A DNA stretch of 64,000 nucleotides from Octopus vulgaris (taxonomy: Eukaryota). Each line of letters starts with the position of its first letter. The first letter of the stretch is position 1. Below are positions 38,850 to 51,610 of this stretch, piece by piece. The stretch spans positions 44,268,001 through 44,332,000 of the forward strand of contig OX597824.1 in the NCBI GenBank assembly GCA_951406725.2, read 5' to 3'. The notes under the pieces are model-generated. The model ran no database searches. It was given only the letters and a program-made list of their open reading frames with translations, and was not told where the DNA came from. The position numbers and the translations under genes were made by a program.

Positions 38850-41067
38850 AGTCCAGATACTTAAATGTATGTTAGTAGATTGTCTTAACCTGATTTTACC
38901 TTCGTTTGATTTCTGTAGTTTTCATCAGTGTATTTTTGGCGATTTAATAAGAGTTTTGACTGTTATTTCAAGCAGGTAGACACACTTAGTATGTCCTTTG
39001 ATTAATTTTAATCCCACGACTATTTAATGCTATTTTTTGGCCTGCTATCGCCTGTGTCATTTATTCTTTAGTTGATACATGGTGAACACCTATAAGCTTA
39101 AAGCTTATAACTGTTATAACAGAATTTTCACTCATCTTCATTTAATGCAGAGTATGCACATGTTTGTTTACACAACATTATGAAATTATAGTTCTTAAAT
39201 CTTACTGGAAAAAGTTGGCAGGTAGGTTGGTGTAATCAGTTAGTATACTTATTGCAAATATAAGAGTTATAGGTTGATTTCCCACAAGTGGTTCGGTTTT
39301 TTTTCCTATCAAGGTGGGGTTTATATGCCCCAGTATTAGACTATTTTCTTCAGTCAATACAGGGGGAATGCTTGTAAGCTTAAAGCTTATAATTATAAAT
39401 ATATTTTTATATATATGTATATATATTTACATTTTTTGTTGTTTGAATTATCACTCATAGCATTGTAGCTATGTATGATAATTCTACATAGCACACTAAT
39501 GAAGGAAATCATCAGCTTCAGGCCAAGAAGTAAATTCTGCTTTATATACTGAGTACGTTTTCTCTTATTTGTATGTCAAAAATTATACTTACATATACCT
39601 AAGTAGATGTATATGTGTATGTTAAAGAAAACTATGAAAAATCTAACCACATCTTTTGCTCAACAAGCTTGTCAGCCATGTAACACTGATTATACACTTG
39701 TGTTAGATCAGATATACATCAGTAACTATTTCCGTCTCAGTTTCAGGTGAAATAATGCTTCTCTTTCCATTTGCTTTCATTCCCATCATTCTTAAATTAC
39801 CCAATCTATTTTCTTTCTTTGTTCTCTCTTTGTCTTTTATTTTCTTTTGTTTTTTCTTTCTTTTTTTTAAAATCCATTTCTCCAAACCTCTGAGGAAGTG
39901 GTCCCCACACCCTGTCATAGTTTCCAGACAAAATATCCTGTTAGCATCTATTGATTCGAAATATTTGCTGTTTGTGTGTGTCTGTGTATATATATGTGCA
40001 TGTGTATTTGCATAAATATATATGCATACGTATCTAAGTATGAATTTAGTATGTATATATATATATATATATATTTGCATGAATATAAATGTAGATATAC
40101 ACATGCACATACACATAGATTTACACACACATGATGTCAGTGGTGCCCTTTCAGACAATTTTTCACATGAAGGAAAAGAAAAAAATAATGTTTCATCATA
40201 TTTTATTTAATGTTTTAAGTTTGAACATCAGTGTTATTTTGGGGTTTGTCATTTTGTCTCTGGATCATACTAAAAATAAATAACCAAAAAAAAGCAAAAT
40301 GCGCTAATGTTTCATTACCTGCTTCATCTCACAAAAGAAATTCTGGTCTGCTTTCAATTCTATCAAGGTTCTTCTAGATTCTGTTTCAGCTCTACTTTTG
40401 TACATTGGTATTATTTTCAGGTTAACATTTTTGAAAATTTATCACATGTATCTTGATTTTAGAATAGGTAGAACACATCCCTGCTTTTCGCAAGAGGTGA
40501 CTAAGAGAGTTGATAACAGAAAGAGTATCTAGTGTAAAACACTGCTTCTAAAAATCTATCCAACTCATGCTAGTTTGGAAAAGCTGATGTGAAATGCTGA
40601 CGATTATGAATAATGGCTTGGAAAATCTGGATCTGTAATACTGTATACTTTGGTTAATATACCTGCTCTATTGACAAATATACATGTGCATCATTTTTGT
40701 GACTTATGTAAGTTCCATAATACTTTAGGTTATTAAGACACCTTTTTCTGGATATGCAGGCCAGGTCCCATTTCTGTTCAAGCTAATCCACAAAACGAAG
40801 TTGAATACTACAAATTAATGAACAAGGTTCGCCTTAAGTCAATTGGACCGATTGCTCCTAATTGGGCCCTGTGCCCAAAGGGGTCCCACACTCAAGGAAA
40901 CCACATCCTATACTGTGACATTTCTTGGAAGAATGCAGTATATACAAAATGCCTCAGCCTGTAGTGTTGGTAGACAATACTTTTACCAAAAAACAAAAAA
41001 TCTTCTTCATATCCCTTTTATGGACAGTTTTATCAAATTTTAGACACATTAGGACAATGAGTTGCTT

Positions 41068-41442
41068 TCATCATCATGATCATGATCATCATCGTTTAAC
41101 GTCTGCTTTCCATGCTTGCATGGGTTGGATGATTTGACTGAGGTCTGGTGAACCAGATATCTGCACCAGACTCCAATCTGATCTGGCAGAGTTTCTACAG
41201 CTGGACACCCTTCCTAATGCCAACCACTACACCCAGTGTAGTGGGTGCTTTTACGTGCCACTGGCAGGAAGAACAGTCAGGCAGTACTGGCAACAGCCAC
41301 GCTCAAATGCTGCTTTTTATGTGCCGCCTGCACAGGATCCAGTCCAGCAGCACTGGCAACAGCCTCGCTCAAATGTTTTTCACATGCCACCAGCACAAGT
41401 GTCAGTAAGGTGACACAGGTAACGATCACGCTTGAATGTCAC
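41068..41442 (-). mobile_element. RTE LINE 3'-UTR fragment with about 3 repeat units
   Basis: Reverse-complement RTE tail with GTGCTTTTA.GTGCC units. Confidence 0.85.
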
Positions 41443-41482
41443 TAAAATGGCAATAGATTATTTCTTTTGATTTAGTGGTATT

Positions 41483-41637
41483 TTCATTGCATCTTGCAAC
41501 ATTTTCAATAGTCTTATTGAAAAGGTTGCAATGAAAATTTTAGGAAAATAAAAATAAGAAATAAGTGGAAATTTTACTGGAGAGTGTGTTAAATTATAAG
41601 GCACAAAAAGAAAATGATTGTCTCCAAACACAACAGT
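41483..41637. mobile_element. Partial copy of the foldback element at 52980-53248
   Basis: GAAAATTTTAGGAAAATAAAAATAAG..GTGGAAATTTTACTGG..AAGGCACAAAAAGAAAATGA..CACAACAG is shared. Confidence 0.8.
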
Positions 41638-43844
41638 TGAGTGCCACAGACCAAGTCTGTGGATGGTGCAAAGTTCCTTCCAGACCTAGAGTTACATGGT
41701 GGTGGAATAGTGCAGTAGACAAAGCCATTAGTTCAAAGAAACAGGCCTGGAGAGCCTGGAGGGATGGGGGTAGCAGGGAACCGTACCAAGTAGCCAAAAG
41801 GGAGGCCGGGCGGCAGGTATACATAGCCAAAGATATAGCAGAAAAGAAGAAGTTTGCCAATGTCCAGTGACGTGAGGACCAAAGAACTGAGGTATTTCGG
41901 ATTGCTAGACAGTGTGTGAGAGAAAATAGTGATGTTACAGGAGAGAAATGTGTCCACATGGATGATGGGGCACTTGCTTTTAATGTTAGGGAAAAGAAAG
42001 ACTGCTGAATGTGGAGAATGAATGGGAGGAGGAGAGCCTGCCAAATGTTGACCCAGTAGAAGGACTAGCTATCCGAATAGACAGCTCCCTTGTAGTTAAG
42101 GCAATTAAGGATATGAAACCAGGTAAAGCCCCCGGCCCATCAGGTATTCACTGCTGAGATGCTTAAAGCAGCTGGTTATGTGGGCTATGGCCTAGTCACC
42201 CGTATTGTTAACCAGGTAGTTCATAATGGAGTCATACCCAATGACTGGCGTAGCAGCACCATAGTCAACTGCTACAAGGGTAAGGGTGATGCTCTAGATA
42301 GAAATAACTACAGGGGTATTAAACTGTTGGATCAGGTGATGAAGGTCACAGAGAGGGTCATAACCCATCTCATTAGGGAGAGAATTTGCTTAGATGAGAT
42401 GCAGTTCGGTTTTGTGCCGGGTAGAAGCACTACTGATGCTATATTCCTGGTCTGACAACTGCAGGAGAAGTACCTAGCTAAAGATAAACCCCTCTACATA
42501 GCTTTTGTGGACTTGGAGAAAGCCTTTGACAGGGTCCCCCAATCCCTTATCTGGTGGTCGATGCGGAAACTGGAGATTGACGAATGGCTAATAAGGGATG
42601 TACAGGCTCTATACAGAGAGGTTGTCAGCAAGGTTAGGATTGGCAACGAATATAGTGAAGAATTCTGGGTAGAAGTAGGTGTACACCAGGGCTCAGCCCT
42701 CAGTCCCCTTTTATTCATCATAGTCCTCCAGGCAATAACAGAGGAATTCAAAACAGGTTGCCCCTGGGAGCTCCTCTATGCTGATGACCTGGCCCTCATA
42801 GCAGAATCACTACCGGAACTAAAAAAGAAATTTCGGGTGTGGAAACAAGGGTTAGAATCAAAGGGCCTTAGAGTAAATGTAGCAAAGACCAATGTTATAG
42901 TATGCAGAAAGGCGAACTCAGCACACACCCCATCGGGCAGGTGGCCCTGCTCGATCTGTAGGAAAGGTGTAGGTAGAAACTCCATAAGATGCACCCAGTG
43001 TAAGCTATGGACGCATAAGAGGTGCAGCAACATCAAAGGGAAATTAACTGATAAGATAGCTTTCATGTGCAGCAGATGCACAGGGACAATAGACATCACA
43101 AATACTCAGAAAACAGATTCCATCACACTCCAGGGGGAGAAACTAGAAGTAGTTGATAGTTTCTGCTACCTGGGTGACCAAGTTAGTAGTGGGGGTGGAT
43201 GCTCAGAGAGTGTTACCACTAGAATACGAATAGCCTGGGCAAAGTTTAGAAAGCTCCTACCCCTACTGGCGACAAAGGGTCTCTCACTCAGAGTGAAAGG
43301 TAGATTGTATGATGCATGTGTGCGAACTGCCATGCTTCACGGCAGTGAAACATGGGCCGTGACTGCAGAGGACATGCGTAGACTTGAAAGAAATGAAGCT
43401 AGCATGATTCGCTGGATGTGTAATGTCAGTGTGAATGCACGACAGAGTGTAAGCACCCTGAGAGAAATGCTAGGCATAAGAAGCATCAGATGCGGTGTGC
43501 AAGAGCGATGCTTGCGATGGTATGGTCATGTACTGCGGATGGATGAGGAGAGATGTGTGAAGAAGTGCCACTCCCGAACAGTTGAAGGAATCAGGGGGAG
43601 TGGTAGACCCAGGAAGTCATGGGATGAGGGAGTCAAGCATGACCTGAGAGCGTTGGGCCTGTGCAAGTGGCACATAAAAAGCACCCACTACACTCGCAGA
43701 GTGGTTGGCATTAGGAAGGGCATCCAGCTGTAGAAACAGTGCCAGATCAGACTGGAGCCGCCCCTGGCTCCCCAGACCCCGGTCGAACCGTCCAACCCGT
43801 GCTAGCGCGGAAAACAGACGTTAAACGATGATGATGATGATGAT
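41638..43844 (+). mobile_element. RTE LINE, 5'-truncated, with 408-aa open RT/PHD segment and a deletion at the ORF end
   Basis: TWWWN linker, NYRGIKLL, DLEKAFDRVP, YADD, C4HC3 finger at 42948-43079. Joins the last 3' UTR unit near 43660; (GAT)n tail. Confidence 0.95.
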
Positions 43845-44756
43845 ATAAGATATATAGATATAGATATAGATAGATAGATAGATTGATAGTAACTAGCTAG
43901 CTAGCTAGATAGATAGATAGAGAGAGAGATTTATGGTACTGGTAACACACACATACACACACACACACGTATATATATGAACAGAGATGAAAATTAACAA
44001 GTCATTTTATTCCCACCAGTCAGGAATTGTTATTGAGTTTGTGAATTCAGGAGAAAGGTAAGAAAGAATGGATCTAGTTGGTTTGGCTGCCAGCATTTCA
44101 AAATTTAAATTTTATTGAAAATGTTAAAATTTGGCACATTAATATACTTTTCCCAGCTGAATTGCTGGAGTTATTTCACTTTTTCTAGCAAAATGTTTTA
44201 AAAAAGTTATGGAGGTTTAAAGTTTGATCATTTTCACCCAATCAGAAAACAGAACTTAGAACCTATCATTTTGTGTGTGACTGCATGTGTTGACAATATT
44301 CTGAAAATAGCACGTGTTTTTATATGAAACTGTAAACAAATCAAATTCTGCTTAACGTATACCATATAACACCTCATAACTTTTTAAAAATTTGCAATTT
44401 TCAGAAAAGTTTTGCAAATTTGTACTCTATACACAGGAATTCATACGATTATGCAAAAAAATCTTTAATGGGTGGTGGGGCGTGATTTAAGGCATATTTA
44501 GCTGTTATTTTGAGGACATCCCACGACCAGGGCACAAGCAACTGAACACAATGTCAACACATGTGGCATTGTGTAGAATATTTGTCAACACATGTGCTTT
44601 CTCACTGATGAAAGAGTTCACATGTTTGGCTTGTTTTTATGGAGACAGGCATGAATGTGTTTGTGGCTTATGCTTGGTTAAAATTACCCAAAATTTTCAA
44701 ACCTTAATTGCTACTAACTCTTTATTTATTGATTTATAGTGAAAATGACTAGCCTA

Positions 44757-45000
44757 TTAAAGTGTATCATTACCAGGGGTTGTAAATAATTGAACTGAAC
44801 AAACTGAAGCAAAATCACAATCTTCTACAGGTAAATCAGACTGTTGTGACATATCTGTCACCACCTTCAGCTGATGTAGAGCAGCCACTTCATCTGCAGT
44901 TAGCTCTGCTTCTGCATGTAAAATTTTCACAACTCCACTTTCAAAATTTAGGCTGTGCTCAAAGGCTGCCAATGGAAGCAAATATTCTTTAAATTCCGAC
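44757..45000 (-). pseudogene. Probable DNA transposase fragment
   Basis: EFKEYLLPLAAFEHSLNFESGVVKILHAEAELTADEVAAL recalls a YL...A.IVHS..FESGVVK..LT..E motif of hAT-like transposases. Lies inside the hAT-bounded interval. Confidence 0.4.
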
Positions 45001-45710
45001 CCTCAGAAATTCCCTCCTCACCTTGGAGTTATTTTTTTTCCTTGTTTTTTTTCGTATGCTATCAACTAATCTCGACTCCTAATATACTGCAAAGGAGTAT
45101 ATTTTTATATTTTTCAGATTCTAAAGACTTTGGTGCAAGTTCACTGGGAACCTGGGGCTGACCAAAATTGTTCACAATTGGGCCCCGCACCTCCTAAGGC
45201 CGGCCCTGTTAATGAAGCACTCATTTGTTTAACAGTGTTGTCATTGTTTACTGTAGCAAGTTGTTCTTACTAGGTGGTACCTATAGCTAGGTGAATTGAA
45301 ACTTTTGTGTTGAATGTCATTGTCATGAACACAACACAGTATCATTAAAAGGCTAGAAAAAGAAAAAAAATCTGATTAATTGCTTCATTGTCTAGTTTGA
45401 AGTTTTTTGTTATAATTCCATTCATATCTCAGATATATTATAAGAATAGTAATTTGACCTTAGTTTTTGACTGGTATTATATTTTATCAAGCACTAAGAG
45501 ATGAAATGTGAAATTGGCTTTGGTGGAGTTTGAACTCAGAACATAAAGGGCTTAACTAAATATCATAGACATTTTGTCAATGGCTCTAGTGATTCTGCCA
45601 AACCATCAGTAACTATTTGATCAACCAATCCATACACCCTCCTCTCCCTCCCTGTCATCACTTACAATGCTAGCAGCAGCAGCATTATAACCATCACCAC
45701 CACTGCTGTC

Positions 45711-45744
<34 letters not shown>

Positions 45745-45843
45745 TTTTTACTCTTTTACTTGTTTCAGACATTTGACTGTGGCCATGCTGGAGCACACAC
45801 ACACACACACACATGCATGCATGCATGCATACATACATATATG

Positions 45844-45905
<62 letters not shown>

Positions 45906-46592
45906 TATAAAGAATATATTATAATTATTAGGTGTAATTAATAATATCTGAAAAAGTATCAATTTAACTACCATATTGCATCACATCTTATTATGCATAC
46001 CAGTGGGGAGAAGATGTAACATTCTCCACAACTCATAGAATGTTACACCTGTATATGCAAAGGTAAATAGGAAGAATGCAAAGTATAAAATTCAATAATA
46101 TATTTAAAAAAATTTAACGATATACAATAAAAATAAAAACATAAAGGTTAAAAAACTAACAAGAAAAACACACAAAGATAAGAAATCAAATTAATATATA
46201 TTAGAGACGACTCCAGGTCATCAGTATCACTCGGGTTCATCACAGATTTCGCATAAGACACATGCCTGCTTGAAGAATTTCTTGTTTTTCAACTTTATTT
46301 CTAGCCCCAAATGGTATTTTTTTATATCTAGCACTATGTCTTTCTCCATTTCTAAGTTAAGGATTAAACTAAAGCAACCCTACAAAACACAACTGATCTT
46401 TGCACACAGACACACAGAAAAACAGCAATCGAATAACAGCAGTGGAATACACAACAAACATCAGCAATCCGACTGTCGCCTGTACTCTTGACAAGAGATG
46501 CCAGTTAGTTTTTTACACCTACTAGGCTTGTTCATATTAGCCTGAGTTGCAATTTTAATTTTCATTCCTTTAAGAATACTGTAGAATGGAAA

Positions 46593-46806
46593 AGCGGTGA
46601 GCTTGCAGAAACGTTAGCATGCTGGGCGAAATGCTTAGTGGTGTTTTGTTCGTCTTGATGTTCTGAGTTCAAACTCCATGAAGGTCGACTTTGCCTTTCA
46701 TCCTTTCGGGGTCGATAAATTAAGTACCAGTTGCATATTGGGGTTGATCTAATCGACTGACCCCCTTGCCCAAAATTCTGGGCTTTGTGCCTAGAGTAGA
46801 AAAGGA
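46593..46806 (+). mobile_element. SINE family A, full length
   Basis: GCGGTGAGCTTGCAGAAACGTTAGC head, GAGTTCAAACTCC B-box, conserved core. Confidence 0.85.
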
Positions 46807-47228
46807 TATTGTAGAATGGAAACTATTGGAATTTAAATACTAATCTCTATAGAAATTTATTGTTTCAAGAAAACACTGAATTTGAATTACTTTTAATTTT
46901 TGCAATTATAGATATTAACTCAGGCTGTAACTTCTGAGACTGAATTAGGGCATGTGTGAACGATGTCGAGAGAATCTCTGCTACGAATGAGATTTTTTGA
47001 CACAGGGCACTTCTAAGATACCGCCAGACGCTGAACGAAAATAAATGAACTGTGACCAGGCTCAATAAAAGGAGCCAGAGTTATTGGCTGCAGTTACATA
47101 CTTGAAGTCAGTATTGGTAGAAATTAAATCCGCTGGCAAATACATGTTTACTTTACTAAATTTATACTTGGGCTAAGCCCGAACAGCTTGAGTGCTGGAA
47201 TCGCCACTGATATGTATATTATTTTAGG

Positions 47229-47320
47229 AAGTTAAAAGTTATGGCTGGTCAAAGAATGACTATTGGTTTTGCAGGCGTGAAACCAATAGTCACTCTTTGA
47301 CTGGCTGTAACTTTTAACTT
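47229..47320. repeat. Hairpin with 42-bp arms and 8-nt loop
   Basis: AAGTTAAAAGTTATGGCTGGTCAAAGAATGACTATTGGTTTT / GAAACCAATAGTCACTCTTTGACTGGCTGTAACTTTTAACTT. Confidence 0.9.
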
Positions 47321-47432
47321 AGTAAAAAATACATCACTGCTCTAATGCTTTAGAGTGTGCTTCTTTTTCAGATATATGAACAACTGACGATATACATACA
47401 TATATTATATATGCATATATATATATATACAT

Positions 47433-47622
47433 ATGCTTAGCGGTATTTCGTCTGCCGTTAGGTTCTGAATTCAAATTCTGCCAAGGTTGACTTTGCCTTT
47501 CATCCATTCGGGGTCGATAAATAAAGTACCAGTTATGCACTGGGGTCGATGTAATCGACTTAATCCCTTTGTCTGTCCTTGTTTGTCCCCTCTATGTTTA
47601 GCCCCTTGTGGGCAGTAAAGAA
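47433..47622 (+). mobile_element. SINE family A, head truncated
   Basis: Near-identical to 54875-55066. Confidence 0.85.
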
Positions 47623-47674
47623 ATATATATATATATGTATGTATGTATGTATGTGTGTGTATATATATATATAT

Positions 47675-48842
47675 ATCATCATCATCATCATCATCGTTTA
47701 GCGTCCGCTTTCCATGCTAGCATGGGTTTGACGGGTCAACTGGGGTCTGTGAAGCTGGAAGGCTTCGTCAGGCCCAGTCAGATCTGGCAGTGTTTCTACG
47801 GCTGGATGCCCTTCCTAACGCCAACCACTCCGCGAGTGTAGTGGGTGTTTTTTACATGCCACCTGCACAGGTGCCAGACAGAGCTGGCGAACGGCCACGA
47901 ACGGATGGTGCTTTTACGTGTCACCGGCACGGGGCCAGGCGATGCTGGCAACGGACACGAACGGATGGTGCTTTTACGTGCCACCGACACGGGGCCAGAC
48001 AGAGCTGGCAACCGGCCACAAACGGACGGTGCTTTTATGTGTCACCGGCACGGGGGCCAGCCGAGGCTGGCAACGGACGCGAACGGATGGTGCTTTTACA
48101 TGCCACCGACACGGTTGCCAGACAGAGCTGGCAAATGGCCACGAGCGGACGGTGCTTTTACGTGTCACCGGCACGGGGGCCAGCCGAGGCTGGCAACGGA
48201 CACGAACGGATGGTGCTTTTACGTGCCACCGACACGGGGCCAGACAGAGCTGGCAAACGGCCACGAACGGACGGTGCTTTTACGTGTCACCGGCACGGGG
48301 CCAGGCGAGGCTGGCAACAAACACGAACGGATGGTGCTTTTACGTGCCACCGACACGGGGCCAGGCAGAGCTGGCAAATGGCCACGAGCGAATGGTGCTT
48401 TTACGTATCACCGGCACGGGTGCCAGACGAGGCTGACAGCGGACACGAACGGATGGGTCACTTAACCCCTGCTTTCTGATATATGATTTGATTTTGATTG
48501 TTCTCACTGGTCTTGCCGGGTCTTCTCACGCACAGCATACTTCCATAAGTCTCGGTCTCTGGTCATTTCCTTGGTGAGACCTAGAGTTCGAAGGTCGTGC
48601 TTCACCACCTCGACCCAGGTTTTCCTGGGTCTACCTCTTCCACAGGTCCCCTCAACTGCCAGGGTGTGGCACTTTTTCACACACCTATCTTCATCCATTC
48701 TCACCACATGACCATACCAGCGCAATCGTCTCTCTTGCACACAACATCTGATTCCTTTTAGGTCCAACTTTTCTCTCAAGGTACTTACACTCTGTCGACT
48801 ATGAACACTGACATTACACATCCAACGGAGCATACTAGCTTC

Positions 48843-48846
<4 letters not shown>
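47675..48846 (-). mobile_element. RTE LINE, 5'-truncated, with expanded 3' UTR tandem array, (TA)n on both sides
   Basis: NEASMLRWMCNV..RGRPRKTW ORF end, about 10 units of 60-62 bp, (GAT)n tail. Confidence 0.95.
47844..48456 (-). repeat. Tandem array of about 10 units (period about 61 bp) with alternating A/B variants
   Basis: GGTGCTTTTA.GTG recurs at about 47907, 47967, 48028, 48089, 48151, 48212, 48273, 48333 and 48394. Confidence 0.95.
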
Positions 48847-48889
<43 letters not shown>

Positions 48890-49359
48890 GAGAGAGAGAG
48901 AGAGAGAGAGTGAGAAGGGAAGGAGGGAGAGAGAGCACAAAGCAGTAGAATCCAAGTAATCTAATGATATTTTGTGTTAACAAAAATGAAGATTAATACA
49001 AATAACTAAAATAGAGGAAGAAGTGTTATATCTGAGGAAGAAAGAAAGTTTTATGTTTTGAGCAGATCCTTACATCAGAGAAAAAAGAGATATTAAATAG
49101 TGTTGAAGGAAATACAAACTGGGATTAGTGAGAGAGAAAGATGGGAAGGAGGAAGAGGTAACAAGTGTTAATGAAGGGAGATGGCAATGGGTCAAAGAGA
49201 GAGAGGAAAAAATAAAAAGGAATGCCAGCAGATTTGAAAAATGTTGAGAGGAAGAGGAGGAATTAATGACAGGGAAATGCTGTACAGACACAAATACATT
49301 CACAGACACAGACACACACACGCATGCGTGCACACACACACACACACGCACTCGCACAT

Positions 49360-49400
<41 letters not shown>

Positions 49401-49619
49401 CAGACAGACAGAGACCAAGAAGAACACCTACATGCACACTCGGAATATGCCAATACGTGAATTTAATTATCATGGCTACTTCAAGGTTACATAGTATTAA
49501 AGTGTGCTGTGCAAGTAGGGTAGGGAAGCAGAATGCCTTGAGGAGGAGGGGACAGCTTCCTTTTTGAAATAATCAGATATGGCATTTCTATGCATATGTA
49601 TATATATATATATATATAT

Positions 49620-50850
49620 TCAGGTAGATTGCCCAGCTTAATCTGTAGTAAAGGCATAGGCAGAAACTCCATCAGATGTACCTGGTGTAAGAGGTGCAGC
49701 AATATTAGAGGAAGGTTAAGAGGGAAAATAGTCTTTGTGTGAGGCAGATGTACAGGTATAATAAACACTAAATATGTACAGAAAACAGACTCCATCAAAT
49801 GCCAGGTGGGGAAACTAGAAATAATTGATAGTTTCCGTTATCTAGGTGACCAAGTCAGTAGTGGAGGAGGATGCTCCGAGAGCATAGCTGCTAGAATAAG
49901 AATAGGCTGGGCAAAGTTCAGAGAGCTTCTGCCTCTGTTGGTGACAAAGGGCCTCTCATTCAGAATAAAAGGCAGTCTGTATGGTGCCTATGTATGAATA
50001 GTTGTGTTCCATGGCAGTGGAAAATGGACTGTGACTGCAGAGGACATGCAAAGACTTGAAAGAAATTTGGCCAGTATGCTTTGCTGGATGTGCAATGTCA
50101 GTGTGCATGTACAGTGGAGCATAAATGTCTTGAGAGAAAAACTGAGTATAAAAGCCATCAAATGTGGTGTCCAAGGGAAATGACTGCATTGGTATGGTCA
50201 TGTGATGTATATGGATGAGGACAGCTGTGTAAAGAAGTGCTGATCCCTAACAGCGGAGGGAAACTGTGGAAGAGGTAGACCCAGGAAGACATGAGACAAG
50301 TTGGTGGGGGATGATCTTTGAATTGTGTGCCTAACAGAGGTGATGACAACTGACCGAGACCTTTGGCAATATGCTGTGCTTGAGAAGACCTGTCAAGCCA
50401 AGTGAAATCGTAATCCTGGTCATTGCCAGTGTCATGTGAATGGCACCCATAAAATCATAATTGTGGCCATTACCGGTAGTGTAATCTTCGAATGTCAGGC
50501 CTCATGAAAGTGATGACAAGTGACCAAGACCTTTCCCAATATGCTGTGCTTGAGAAGACTTATCAAGCCAATTGTGGCTCCTACCAGTGTTATGTAAATG
50601 GCATCCATAGAATTGTAGTTGTGGCCATTGCTGGTGTCATGTAAATGGCACCCATGCCAGTGGCATGTAAGAAGTACTCATTATACTCTCAGAGTGGTTG
50701 GCATTAGGAAGGGAGTCCAGCTGTAGAAGCCATGCCAAATCCGACTGGAACCTGGTGCAGCCCTCCAGCTTATCAATTCGAGTCAAACTGTTTGACCCAT
50801 GCCAGCATGGAAAGTGGACATTAAATAATGATGATGATGATGATGATGAT
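49620..50850 (+). mobile_element. Older decayed RTE LINE copy, (TA)n on both sides
   Basis: KLEIIDSFRYLGDQVSSGGGCSES..; RTE tail and (GAT)n. Confidence 0.9.
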
Positions 50851-51001
50851 ATATATATATATATATATATGAAACATAAAGCCACACACTCATATGTCCC
50901 TATCATTATTATATATGCATATGTACACATATATGTAAAATGCAAGGACATGCATAAATATAAATTTCTGTCTGTCCATCCATCCATTCACCCATCTTTC
51001 C

Positions 51002-51099
<98 letters not shown>

Positions 51100-51160
51100 T
51101 TTTTTCAGAATGAGATAAAAAGCCAAGGTTGTAAAGATTTAGAACATTTATAAATAGAAG

Positions 51161-51208
51161 GTCTTACAGCTGTTTCTAGGATATTTATTATATCCCTTCA
51201 TCGGAGAC
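51161..51208 (-). ncRNA. Type I hammerhead motif, U4C core variant (CCGAUGA)
   Basis: Minus strand: GTCT-CCGATGA-A-GGGATAT AATAA ATATCCT-A-GAAA-CAGCTG-TA-AGAC. Confidence 0.7.
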
Positions 51209-51253
51209 GACGTGAGAAAATGGTTAAGCAATTGTTAACCATTTTCTCACACC

Positions 51254-51301
51254 GTCTCCAATGAAGGGATATAATAAATATCCTGGAAACAGCTGTAAGA
51301 C
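51254..51301 (+). ncRNA. Type I hammerhead motif, sister copy with additional G5A change (likely inactive)
   Basis: GTCT-CCAATGA-A-GGGATAT AATAA ATATCCT-G-GAAA-CAGCTG-TA-AGAC. Confidence 0.65.
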
Positions 51302-51575
51302 CTTCTATTTATAAACGTTCTAAATCTTCACAGCCTTGGTTTTTTTATCTCATTCTGAAAAAAAATTTTTAATCATGCGCATGCTAATATACGACCTACG
51401 TTGGACTCCTTATTCACATAATCACAGAACCTGGAGCTTAACTATGGTCTATCCATAGCACTTACTCAGCATTACCTAACACCTTTAGGTCTTATTGACA
51501 CCATTACTTCTTATAACCTCTCTCTCTGTATATATATATATATATATATATGTATATAAATATATATGTATATAA

Positions 51576-51610
<35 letters not shown>

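Larger units (their letters stand above)
40823..45208. mobile_element. hAT-superfamily element with 8-bp TSD (TTAATGAA) hosting nested insertions
   Basis: TTAATGAA|CAAGGTTCGCCTTAAG..CCTAAGGCCGGCCCTG|TTAATGAA. Subterminal AATTGGGCCC at both ends. Confidence 0.8.
51096..51368. repeat. Palindrome with arms of about 135 bp carrying two divergent hammerhead motifs
   Basis: Arms are reverse complements around about 51231. Confidence 0.9.

Noticed and set aside
39888-39937. Possible minus-strand micro-exon DILSGNYDRVWGPLPQR
   Set aside because: No pyrimidine tract and a weak donor (GTTTGG).
47844-48456. CRISPR-like repeat/spacer appearance and long ORFs (47790-48479 and overlapping frames)
   Set aside because: Eukaryotic context, linkers are themselves repeated, no cas genes, and the array is part of the RTE 3' UTR. 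The ORFs come from stop-free repeats.
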